Virus record (IMG/VR): IMGVR_UViG_3300032308_002078
Span: 16,073-80,072 of that record
Source: a virus
Taxonomy: Duplodnaviria; Heunggongvirae; Uroviricota; Caudoviricetes
DNA length: 64,000 nucleotides
Direction: 5' to 3' (one strand)
The translations under genes and the position numbers were made by a program. Positions within the stretch are counted from its first letter, which is position 1; every line of letters starts with the position of its first letter. This document shows, piece after piece, positions 48,412 to 55,096 of this stretch. The notes beneath the pieces are model-generated. The model saw nothing but the letters and a program-made list of their open reading frames with translations. It was not told the DNA's origin and made no database searches.

Positions 48412-49134
48412 ATGGAAAGAAAAATTAATCGTATGCCTTCAATGTGGGAGGATAGATTTTTAGCTTTAATGGCTGTTAATGATAAACTTGTTTTAGGAGG
48501 AAGTGTAGCTTTGCATATCTTGGATATTATAAAATATGATTTTGTAGGAAGAACTCCTGATTTAGATTTTAGTTTAACTGAGGCTCTTAATGAAGATGAA
48601 TTGTCTGTATTAGTTGATTTTTTTAATTTAAGTATCCTTAGAAGTACTAATGACTATGAGGAAGAAAATGGAATGCCTAAACCTATAAACATACCAGATA
48701 CTTTAGAGAAAGAACTAATTTTGTTAGAAACAAATTATCCAATAGGTATTTCATTAACTGATGAAGAATTGAATGAATATAAGAAAAAATATTATAAAGT
48801 AGATTTCTTTAATAATGATTATTTAAAGAAAAGAGATTGGTTTGAGTTAGATTATTTTGGAACACCTATTAAGCTTACTCATCCAAGTATTATCTTTGCC
48901 GCCAAAATGAAATATGCTACTGATAATAGAGTAGGAAAACAATATAAACACTTCCAGGATATTAAGAATATTAATTGGGATAATTATTTTCCAATTGTTA
49001 AATCAATCCAACCCCATTATTCAATAGATACATCAACTAAAGATAAAAACGGAAATCATACATATGCTTTAGAAAAATATAAGTTTGACATTGGAATAGC
49101 AGATACACATAATGGTAATGATTTGCCTTTCTAA
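48412..49134 (+). CDS. putative nucleotidyltransferase-fold protein
   Basis: LGGSVALHILDI...GRTPDLDFSL matches the Pol-beta-type hG[GS]...D.D pattern. Confidence 0.35.
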   Translation: MERKINRMPSMWEDRFLALMAVNDKLVLGGSVALHILDIIKYDFVGRTPDLDFSLTEALNEDELSVLVDFFNLSILRSTNDYEEENGMPKPINIPDTLEKELILLETNYPIGISLTDEELNEYKKKYYKVDFFNNDYLKKRDWFELDYFGTPIKLTHPSIIFAAKMKYATDNRVGKQYKHFQDIKNINWDNYFPIVKSIQPHYSIDTSTKDKNGNHTYALEKYKFDIGIADTHNGNDLPF

Positions 49135-49148
49135 CATATTTATAATAT

Positions 49149-49631
49149 ATGGCTAAAATTGTATTATTGAGTTGTACTAAATCTAAGTTGGACAAGCCAG
49201 CTCCAGCTAAAGACATGTACTCACCTTCTCCTATGTTCCAAAAAACAAAGGTATACGGTGAAGCTCTTAAACCTGATAAAATGTTTATTTTATCTGCTAA
49301 GTATGGTTTATTACCTATGGATAAGCAGATTGAACCTTATGATTTGACTCTTAAAACTATGAAAAAAGAAGAAAAAGATCAATGGGGTGAGACAGTAAAA
49401 GGCCAAATGAGTAAAATGGGTGTTAATCCTCAATCTGATAAATTTGTTTTCTTAACAGGGGCTGAGTATATGAAACCATTAGAAAGTTTTATACCAGCAG
49501 AGAATGTAGAAAAACCAATGGAAGGAAAACGTATGGGAGAAAGATTAAGTTGGTTAAATTCACAAGCACAAAAACTAAAAGAAATAGTTAAAAAAATTAA
49601 AAAACTTATATATGAGCATTTCAAAGGATAA
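49149..49631 (+). CDS. hypothetical protein
   Basis: 160 aa; conserved-looking IVLLSCTKSK...FILSAKYGLLP. Confidence 0.3.
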   Translation: MAKIVLLSCTKSKLDKPAPAKDMYSPSPMFQKTKVYGEALKPDKMFILSAKYGLLPMDKQIEPYDLTLKTMKKEEKDQWGETVKGQMSKMGVNPQSDKFVFLTGAEYMKPLESFIPAENVEKPMEGKRMGERLSWLNSQAQKLKEIVKKIKKLIYEHFKG

Positions 49632-49848
49632 ACTTAATGAATACATTGATTTGTATTTAAATGATGTAGCTGACTATGGTAGTAATAAAGATAACATCAT
49701 AGCAGAAAACACGCTTAAACCCGTTAAATACCTTATATTAGAGTCTAAAAAGGATGCTATGACGACTTTGTTAGAAATGGCAGTTAAGTCGAATATGGAG
49801 GGGAGAGAAGTAATTGAAGATTTTATTCTTTATTTAGAAAATCTTTAA
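49612..49848 (+). CDS. hypothetical protein
   Basis: 78 aa. Confidence 0.3.
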   Translation: MSISKDKLNEYIDLYLNDVADYGSNKDNIIAENTLKPVKYLILESKKDAMTTLLEMAVKSNMEGREVIEDFILYLENL

Positions 49849-49860
49849 CCTTTCTTAACT

Positions 49861-49929
49861 TTTGGCTTGGCCTTTGGTGAGTGTGATGTTATATTTATGT
49901 CATAATAAAAAACGATAAAAATTAAGGTT
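49861..49929 (+). promoter_or_regulatory. conserved promoter motif (class 1)
   Basis: TTTGGCTTGGCCTTTGGTGAGTGTGATGTTATATTTATGTCATAATAAAAAACGATAAAAATTAAGGTT. Confidence 0.5.
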
Positions 49930-50739
49930 ATGTTAGACATCAGAAACACAGAATTCATCGACAAGAAAGAAATTAAGAACCGTGCCAAATCAATTTTCAC
50001 TGAAAAAGGTGCGCCAAATGTAAGTGACAAGTACGCTCATATTTCAACTGAAAAAATCATTGACGATATGGCTATTCTAGGTTGGGGAGTGGTTGACGCT
50101 AAAGAAGTTAAAGCTCGTAAAGCAGATACAATGGGTTTCCAAAAACACCTAGTTGTGTTCCGTAACAATGAAATTCAAATCACTTCAGAAGATGGTGATA
50201 ATGTGTTTCCACAAATTTTGCTTACTAATTCACATGACGGTAAAAACGCTTTTACTTTCACAGCTGGTTTGTTTAGAATGGTTTGTGAAAATGGTTTGGT
50301 TGTTTCAAGCAAAGAATTTGAAAATATGAAACTTCGTCACTACGGTTACACATTTGAAGAATTGCAAGAAACAATTAAGTCAATGGTTGAAAAATTGCCT
50401 TTAACTGTTGAGTCACTTAATAAGTTTCGTTCAGTAGAATTGGGTCAAGAACAAATGCTTGATTTTGCTAAGAAAGCTTTGTTGACTCGTTTTGATGAAA
50501 AAGAATTGGAGAATATTAAAATCGATTTTAATGATTTGTTGACTCCAACTCGTCCAGAAGACAAAGGTTCTGATTTGTGGAGTATTTATAATGTAGTTCA
50601 AGAAAAATTAACACACGGAATGTTTAATTACGGTTACGGAACTAAAGTTCGTAAAGCTCGTAAAATTAAGAACTTCAGTAAAGATTTGGAATTGAACGAA
50701 AAATTATACGGTTTGGCTCTTGAGTACGTTCCCGCATAA
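49930..50739 (+). CDS. DUF932-like phage/plasmid protein
   Basis: QILLTNSHDGKNAFTFTAGLFRMVCENGLV resembles the DUF932 core (NSHDG...R.VC.NG). Confidence 0.45.
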   Translation: MLDIRNTEFIDKKEIKNRAKSIFTEKGAPNVSDKYAHISTEKIIDDMAILGWGVVDAKEVKARKADTMGFQKHLVVFRNNEIQITSEDGDNVFPQILLTNSHDGKNAFTFTAGLFRMVCENGLVVSSKEFENMKLRHYGYTFEELQETIKSMVEKLPLTVESLNKFRSVELGQEQMLDFAKKALLTRFDEKELENIKIDFNDLLTPTRPEDKGSDLWSIYNVVQEKLTHGMFNYGYGTKVRKARKIKNFSKDLELNEKLYGLALEYVPA

Positions 50740-50753
50740 GGGAATGTATTCAA

Positions 50754-50800
50754 GTTTGGAAATACAAAAATTAGTTCTTATATTTACGACATAATAAAAA
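50754..50800 (+). promoter_or_regulatory. conserved promoter motif preceding first tRNA sub-array
   Basis: GTTTGGAAATACAAAAATTAGTTCTTATATTTACGACATAATAAAAA, followed within 6 nt by tRNA-Leu. Confidence 0.45.
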
Positions 50801-50805
50801 CAATT

Positions 50806-50891
50806 GCTACTGTGGCGGAATAGGTAGACGCGTTGGACTTAAAATCCAATGGACAGTAATGTTCGTACCGGTTCGATTCCGGTCAGTAGTA
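50806..50891 (+). tRNA. tRNA-Leu (anticodon TAA), class II
   Basis: Acceptor GCTACTG/CAGTAGT; D-arm TGGCGGAATAGGTAGACGC; anticodon loop CTTAAAA; long variable arm; T-loop TTCGATT. Confidence 0.7.
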
Positions 50892-50924
50892 CAAAAAATA
50901 AAAAATTATATATTTATATCAAAA

Positions 50925-51115
50925 TGAAAAAAGTATTATTTATCGCCGCTATTTTCGCTTTGGCTTCTTGCTCAAACGAAACTACTACCTCTTCAACCGA
51001 TTCAACATGTGTTGATTCAACTTGTTCTGATTCATTTAACACTGATTCTCTTATCCAAATCACAGAAGCACATGCTGATTCTTTGCATACAGAGATTATG
51101 GAGTTGAAAAAATAA
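50925..51115 (+). CDS. small lipoprotein embedded in tRNA array
   Basis: MKKVLFIAAIFALASC lipobox; Ser/Thr/Asp-rich mature region; track ORF 50849 starts inside tRNA-Leu. Confidence 0.45.
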
Positions 51116-51126
51116 TAACTCTAAAC

Positions 51127-51209
51127 GCCGAGATCGCATAGCGGTTGATTGCACCTGACTTGTAATCAGGTTCCGTAAGGACACGCCAGTTCGAATCTGG
51201 CTCTCGGCT
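51127..51209 (+). tRNA. atypical class II tRNA with anticodon loop CTTGTAA (reads as UGU)
   Basis: Acceptor GCCGAGA/TCTCGGC; 3-bp D-stem; AGCGGTTGATT D-loop like the Tyr and Ser genes here; anticodon stem CCTGA/TCAGG; 14-nt variable arm; T-loop TTCGAAT. Confidence 0.45.
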
Positions 51210-51270
51210 CAAATGTAGTCTTCAATTAACTCCCCGACCCAATTAAAATGTTAGTTGGAGGCTACTCCCC

Positions 51271-51345
51271 GCGGGTGTCGTATAATGGTTATTACACTAG
51301 CCTTCCAAGCCTGTGATGTCAGTTCGATTCTGTCCACCCGCTCCA
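51271..51345 (+). tRNA. tRNA-Gly (TCC)-like with weakened anticodon stem; encoded CCA
   Basis: Perfect acceptor GCGGGTG/CACCCGC; loop CTTCCAA identical to bacterial Gly-UCC; anticodon stem CTAGC/GCCTG pairs at only 3 of 5 positions. Confidence 0.45.
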
Positions 51346-51370
51346 AAAAGAAAGAAAAAAATTAAATATA

Positions 51371-51420
51371 GTTTGGCGATTTAAAATTCCTTACATATAT
51401 TTATCACATATTAAAACACA
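51371..51420 (+). promoter_or_regulatory. promoter-like motif inside tRNA array
   Basis: GTTTGGCG ... TACATATATTTATCACATATTAAAA, a variant of the recurrent GTTTGGC(T) / TTATATTTA motif. Confidence 0.4.
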
Positions 51421-51554
51421 TTAAAACATGAAACATTGTAGATCATATCAGTTTAGTCTTAAAGCCGCTTGGATGAATCGTCCGGTGTCTGAGGATATTA
51501 AATTGATAGGGCTTATGATGTGATGTTTTTAAAGACATATTGAAACACAAAGTA

Positions 51555-51584
51555 AGCCCGATTCACAAGATCGGGCATTTTTTA
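51555..51584 (+). terminator. rho-independent terminator
   Basis: GCCCGAT tcacaa GATCGGGC hairpin plus T6. Confidence 0.65.
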
Positions 51585-51586
51585 TG

Positions 51587-51605
51587 TTCTTTGACGTATG
51601 AGAAA
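51587..51605 (+). repeat. 19-nt exact direct repeat TTCTTTGACGTATGAGAAA (second copy at 53086-53104)
   Basis: Both copies sit 5-7 nt upstream of the first tRNA of a sub-array (Phe at 51610; Leu-TAG at 53110); contains TTGACG. Confidence 0.55.
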
Positions 51606-51609
51606 AATT

Positions 51610-51682
51610 GCGACGGTAGCAAAGATGGTCAATGCACTGGACTGAAAATCCAGCCATGCAGGTTCGAGTCCTGCCCGTCGCA
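51610..51682 (+). tRNA. tRNA-Phe (GAA)
   Basis: Acceptor GCGACGG/CCGTCGC; anticodon stem-loop CTGGA CTGAAAA TCCAG. Confidence 0.7.
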
Positions 51683-51691
51683 CAAATAAAC

Positions 51692-51767
51692 AGCGTAGTA
51701 GAGGAGTCTGGTTTATCTCATCTGCTTTGGGAGCAGAGGCACGCCGGTTCGAATCCGGCCTACGCTA
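51692..51767 (+). tRNA. tRNA-Pro (TGG)
   Basis: Acceptor AGCGTAG/CTACGCT; anticodon stem-loop TCTGC TTTGGGA GCAGA. Confidence 0.7.
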
Positions 51768-51775
51768 CAAAATAT

Positions 51776-51849
51776 GACTTCGTAGCTCAATAGGTTAGAG
51801 CACCTCACTTTTAATGAGGGGGTTTCGAGTTCGAGTCTCGACGGGGTCA
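51776..51849 (+). tRNA. tRNA-Lys (TTT)
   Basis: D-arm TAGCTCAATAGGTTAGAGC; anticodon CCTCA CTTTTAA TGAGG. Confidence 0.7.
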
Positions 51850-51855
51850 CAATTT

Positions 51856-51931
51856 CTTTCCTTCGCTTAGTTGGTTTTAAAGCATCTCTTTTACACAGAG
51901 AAGATCGTTGGTTCGAATCCAGCAGGAAAGA
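51856..51931 (+). tRNA. tRNA-Val (TAC)
   Basis: Acceptor CTTTCCT/AGGAAAG; anticodon TCTCT TTTACAC AGAGA. Confidence 0.65.
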
Positions 51932-51940
51932 CAAATAAAT

Positions 51941-52022
51941 GCCAGTATCGCATAGCGGCAATTGCTGGGGACTGTAAATCCCCTCTCTTTGGAGTTCGTA
52001 GGTTCGAGTCCTGCTGCTGGCA
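51941..52022 (+). tRNA. tRNA-Tyr (GTA), class II
   Basis: Anticodon GGGGA CTGTAAA TCCCC; long variable arm; acceptor GCCAGTA/TGCTGGC. Confidence 0.7.
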
Positions 52023-52029
52023 CTAAAAT

Positions 52030-52103
52030 GGAGATATAGCTCAATTGGTTAGAGCGCCTGCCTGATACACATAAGGTTATAGGTTCGAGTCCTATTTTCT
52101 CCA
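52030..52103 (+). tRNA. tRNA-like gene, possibly Ile (GAT), with non-pairing anticodon stem
   Basis: Canonical acceptor, D-arm (TAGCTCAATTGGTTAGAGC) and T-arm; anticodon region CCTGC CTGATAC ACATA does not form a stem. Confidence 0.3.
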
Positions 52104-52112
52104 CAATTAAAT

Positions 52113-52185
52113 GGTGTATGTAACTCAGAGGAAGAGTACTCGCTTGTGACGCGAGAAGTCGGGATTTCGAAACTCCTCATATACC
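52113..52185 (+). tRNA. tRNA-His (GTG) with G-1
   Basis: 8-bp acceptor G-GTGTATG/CATATAC-C; anticodon CTCGC TTGTGAC GCGAG. Confidence 0.65.
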
Positions 52186-52191
52186 CTAAAA

Positions 52192-52275
52192 GGAAAATGA
52201 CCCTTGATGGTGATAGGGCTTGCCTGCTAAGCAATGTGTACCTTCGGGTATTTGGTTCGATTCCAACTTTTTCCG
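52192..52275 (+). tRNA. tRNA-Ser (GCT), class II
   Basis: 3-bp D-stem CCC/GGG; anticodon TTGC CTGCTAA GCAA; variable arm hairpin TACC ttcg GGTA; discriminator G. Confidence 0.65.
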
Positions 52276-52296
52276 CTATGTAAAAAATACTTATAA

Positions 52297-52759
52297 AAAA
52301 CAGATTATGAACTTCAAGACCCTATCAAACAGAAAAACAGTTGACTTAGTTGACTACATTAAAGCGTATTTAAACGACAACCCCAACACCGAATTGTTAG
52401 TTGGGTGCGACTCGCAAAACTATGCTTATAACACAACTTATGCCACTGTAGTAGCGCTTTATAAGCCGAAGGGTGGTGCGCATGTTTTATTCAATAAAGA
52501 AGTTTTACCTCTAGAAAAAGTAAGACAAGTACGTTTAATGAATGAGGTTTGGAAGTCTGTTGAAGTAGCAGAATTACTTAAAAATTCAGGTTTACCTCAA
52601 GTTAAATATATTGATATAGACATCAACCCAGACAAAAAATATAAATCAAATGAAGTATTAAGAGCGGCAGTTGGTTTAGTTGAAGGTATGGGTTATAAAG
52701 TTAGATACAAATCATTAGGCGTTATGGCAACATACGCTGCTGATATGCTAGTAAAATAA
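52297..52759 (+). CDS. hypothetical protein between tRNA sub-arrays (start revised to MNFKT)
   Basis: Track ORF 52220 starts inside tRNA-Ser; ATG 52297 follows it; 154 aa. Confidence 0.4.
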
Positions 52760-52763
52760 CAAT

Positions 52764-52836
52764 TGTTCTTTCGTCCAACGGATTAGGACACTTCGCTACG
52801 AACGAAGAAATAGGGGTTCGAATCCCTTAAGAACAA
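52764..52836 (+). tRNA. tRNA-Arg (ACG)
   Basis: Acceptor TGTTCTT/AAGAACA; anticodon CTTCG CTACGAA CGAAG. Confidence 0.65.
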
Positions 52837-52842
52837 CTAAAA

Positions 52843-52912
52843 GTTCAGGTTGGTTTAGGAAGCCGGGTAGTCTGCAAAACTACTGAAGTAGGTTCGATTC
52901 CTACCTTGAACT
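52843..52912 (+). tRNA. tRNA-Cys (GCA)
   Basis: Anticodon GTAGT CTGCAAA ACTAC; short D-arm. Confidence 0.55.
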
Positions 52913-52919
52913 CAAATAC

Positions 52920-52990
52920 GCGAGTGTGGTGAAATGGTATCATAATGGTCTCCAAAACTATTGTTGAGGGTTCGAATCCTTCCACTCGTG
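52920..52990 (+). tRNA. tRNA-Trp (CCA)
   Basis: Acceptor GCGAGTG/CACTCGT; anticodon ATGGT CTCCAAA ACTAT. Confidence 0.6.
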
Positions 52991-53020
52991 CAAAAGAAAG
53001 TTAAAAAGTTTTAAAAACAG

Positions 53021-53068
53021 GTTTGGCTTTCATAAGACATGATGTTATATTTATGTCATAATAAAAAT
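53021..53068 (+). promoter_or_regulatory. conserved host-type promoter motif driving second tRNA sub-array
   Basis: GTTTGGCTTT-N14-GATGTTATATTTATGTCATAATAAAAA, near-identical to copies at 8783, 36670 and 49861; no ATG follows, tRNA-Leu starts about 40 bp downstream. Confidence 0.55.
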
Positions 53069-53109
53069 AATAAGAATTAAAAAGTTCTTTGACGTATGAG
53101 AAATTAAAT

Positions 53110-53191
53110 GCCGAGGTGGTGGAAATGGTAGACACACCGGTCTTAGAAACCGGAGCGTAACAGCATGCGAGTTCGACTCTCGCCCACGGTA
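53110..53191 (+). tRNA. tRNA-Leu (TAG), class II
   Basis: D-arm TGGTGGAAATGGTAGACAC; anticodon CCGGT CTTAGAA ACCGG; long variable arm. Confidence 0.65.
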
Positions 53192-53196
53192 CAAAT

Positions 53197-53318
53197 AGTC
53201 AAATGGCGGAATGGTAAACGCTGTGTATGCTCGATTAGACACCAGTACGAGGCAATGAAAATCTTGCACGTAGGGCTTAGAAAACTGGTTATAGGTTCGA
53301 ATCCTGTTTTGACTACCA
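53197..53318 (+). tRNA. unusually long (about 120 nt) tRNA-like gene A; encoded CCA
   Basis: Acceptor AGTCAAA/TTTGACT; Leu-like D-arm TGGCGGAATGGTAAACGC; T-arm ATAGG TTCGAAT CCTGT; about 65 nt between D-arm and T-arm including a CCAGT...ACTGG hairpin. Confidence 0.35.
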
Positions 53319-53372
53319 AGTTAACCCACTAAGACTAGAAACGGGTGACAGCTCGGAAAGTACGAGCAATAT

Positions 53373-53478
53373 AGTCAGGTGGCGGAAGTTATCGGTAGAG
53401 TGATGATTGATTGGAAGACATTAAGTTGACACCCACTCAATATGTAGCTTAATGCAGGTTCGAATCCTGTTCTGACTA
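53373..53478 (+). tRNA. unusually long (about 106 nt) tRNA-like gene B, paralogue of A
   Basis: Same ends as A (AGTCAGG TGGCGGAA ... GGTTCGAATCCTGTTCTGACTA); internal 7-bp stem CATTAAG/CTTAATG enclosing 22 nt. Confidence 0.35.
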
Positions 53479-53528
53479 CGGAGAATGGTTAGTACTAAAC
53501 AACAAAATCGAAAAGGAAGTACAAATAC

Positions 53529-53603
53529 GCCTTCATAGCTCAGTGGTAGAGCAAGCGGCTGTTAACCGCTGGGTCGTAGGTTCAAATCCTGCTGAGGGCG
53601 CCA
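53529..53603 (+). tRNA. tRNA-Asn (GTT); encoded CCA
   Basis: Anticodon AGCGG CTGTTAA CCGCT; acceptor GCCTTCA/TGAGGGC. Confidence 0.7.
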
Positions 53604-53609
53604 ATAAAT

Positions 53610-53681
53610 GGCCCGTTCGTCTATCGGTTAGGACACCAGGTTTTCAACCTGTAAAGACGAGTTCGATTCTCGTACGGGCTA
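53610..53681 (+). tRNA. tRNA-Glu (TTC)
   Basis: Anticodon CCAGG TTTTCAA CCTGT; acceptor GGCCCGT/ACGGGCT. Confidence 0.65.
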
Positions 53682-53694
53682 CAAAAAAATAAAT

Positions 53695-53769
53695 AGCGGG
53701 GTAGAGCAGAGGTAGCTTGCAAGGCTCATAACCTTGAGGTCGCTGGTTCGAGTCCAGCCCCCGCTACCA
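53695..53769 (+). tRNA. tRNA-Met (CAT) copy 1; encoded CCA
   Basis: Acceptor AGCGGGG/CCCCGCT; anticodon CAAGG CTCATAA CCTTG. Confidence 0.65.
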
Positions 53770-53779
53770 AAAAATAACT

Positions 53780-53857
53780 AGCGGGGAACTAGAGCTGGTG
53801 CACTGACGAGTCTCATAAGCTCGGACTAGGTGGGTTCGATTCCCACCCCCGCTACCA
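53780..53857 (+). tRNA. CAT-anticodon tRNA copy 2 (initiator Met, elongator Met or Ile2); encoded CCA
   Basis: Same acceptor AGCGGGG/CCCCGCT; anticodon CGAGT CTCATAA GCTCG; D-arm and variable region differ from copy 1. Confidence 0.55.
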
Positions 53858-53864
53858 AATAAAT

Positions 53865-53935
53865 TACCCTCTCGTCTAACGGCAGGACAAGTGGTTTTGG
53901 GCCACTGAATCGGAGTTCGAATCTCTGGGGGGTAA
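53865..53935 (+). tRNA. tRNA-Gln (TTG)
   Basis: Anticodon AGTGG TTTTGGG CCACT; acceptor TACCCTC/GGGGGTA. Confidence 0.6.
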
Positions 53936-53942
53936 CAAAAAT

Positions 53943-54015
53943 GGGCTGTTGGTATAGTCGGCTAACACGATTGCCTTGCACGCAGTAGTCCCCAGTTCGA
54001 ACCTGGGACGGTCCA
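53943..54015 (+). tRNA. tRNA-Ala (TGC) with G3:U70
   Basis: Acceptor GGGCTGT/ACGGTCC gives the G3-T70 wobble identity pair; anticodon ATTGC CTTGCAC GCAGT. Confidence 0.65.
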
Positions 54016-54027
54016 CAAAAATAATTT

Positions 54028-54102
54028 GGTCTATTAGTGTAGTGGTTAACACGCCTCACTGTCTATGAGGTAGCCTCGGTTCGAATCCGTGATAGACCGC
54101 CA
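54028..54102 (+). tRNA. tRNA-Asp (GTC); encoded CCA
   Basis: Perfect acceptor GGTCTAT/ATAGACC; anticodon CCTCA CTGTCTA TGAGG. Confidence 0.7.
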
Positions 54103-54110
54103 ACATATAC

Positions 54111-54198
54111 GGAAGTTTGGCAGAGTTGGCCGATTGCGCTAGTCTTGAAAACTAGAGATGCCGAAAGGTATCCGGGGGTTCGAATCCCTCAGCTTCCG
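54111..54198 (+). tRNA. tRNA-Ser (TGA), class II
   Basis: Anticodon CTAGT CTTGAAA ACTAG; long variable arm GATGCCGAAAGGTATC; discriminator G. Confidence 0.7.
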
Positions 54199-54308
54199 CA
54201 CCTTAAAACCAGTTCAGGTCCGTGATCAAGGGAGGCCTGTTCTTCTCGTGCAAGAAAGAAATCACGTTAAATCTCCCCACGCTAGGTGGTATTGGTGACC
54301 TAGCACTT

Positions 54309-54380
54309 GCCTCCATAGTTAAATGGATATAACAGGAATCTTCTAAGTTCTAGTTCGTGGTTCGATTCCACGTGGAGGTA
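54309..54380 (+). tRNA. tRNA-Arg (TCT)
   Basis: Acceptor GCCTCCA/TGGAGGT; anticodon GGAAT CTTCTAA GTTCT; T-arm CGTGG TTCGATT CCACG. Confidence 0.6.
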
Positions 54381-54435
54381 TAAAAAATTTCTCATACAGC
54401 TTGGATATTTAAAAAAACATTATTATATTAACATT

Positions 54436-54873
54436 ATGAATTTGACAAAAGCACTAAAACACAAAAAGAAGCTTGTTAAACAAGCAGATGAAGCGTTTAT
54501 GCGTTTCCAAAGGTATAATTCTCAAAATAAAGAGAATGTAGATAAAGGTTATGACCCAGAAACTGCTTACCGTAAATGGATTGCTTTAACACAAGAGTTG
54601 ATTACTCTAAAAACTAAAATCCATAATGCAAACGCTCCTATTGCAAATAAAATTTTCCGTTTGGGTGAATTAAAGAATTTGGTTTCTCGTTTACGTAATA
54701 TTGATACTAAAAAAGGACTTATTAGAGAGCATCGTTCAGCAGATTCTATTCCTGTTGAATATGTAGCATACATGGATTTGTTTACTAAAGATAATCAAAT
54801 TTTTAATTGGGAACAAGAAATTGAAACCATTCAAGAAGAGATTGAGGCATTTAATGCCATCACAAAGATATAA
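54436..54873 (+). CDS. hypothetical protein
   Basis: 145 aa; follows TTATATTAACATT promoter motif. Confidence 0.35.
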   Translation: MNLTKALKHKKKLVKQADEAFMRFQRYNSQNKENVDKGYDPETAYRKWIALTQELITLKTKIHNANAPIANKIFRLGELKNLVSRLRNIDTKKGLIREHRSADSIPVEYVAYMDLFTKDNQIFNWEQEIETIQEEIEAFNAITKI

Positions 54874-55096
54874 CCAATTTAAAGAGTAAAATTAGATTAG
54901 TAGCGCCTTGTACAAATCTGCTTGCGGATTTATACATACCCTAGATAGATAACAAATCTATCCTCATAAGACTGATGCTTGGATATTGATTTTGATAAAT
55001 GCCTTAAGATTTAAAATTCAAAATTTAATATTGGGAAAACTCAAATCTTAAAACTTTTCAGCGAACATTTAATTTTACTCTACTTTGGTTTTTTTT

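Noticed and set aside
50849-52759. ORF-track starts for ORFs 50849 and 52220
   Set aside because: Their 5' portions overlap tRNA-Leu and tRNA-Ser. Downstream in-frame ATGs (50925, a lipoprotein signal; 52297, MNFKT) give non-overlapping genes. The shorter forms were adopted.
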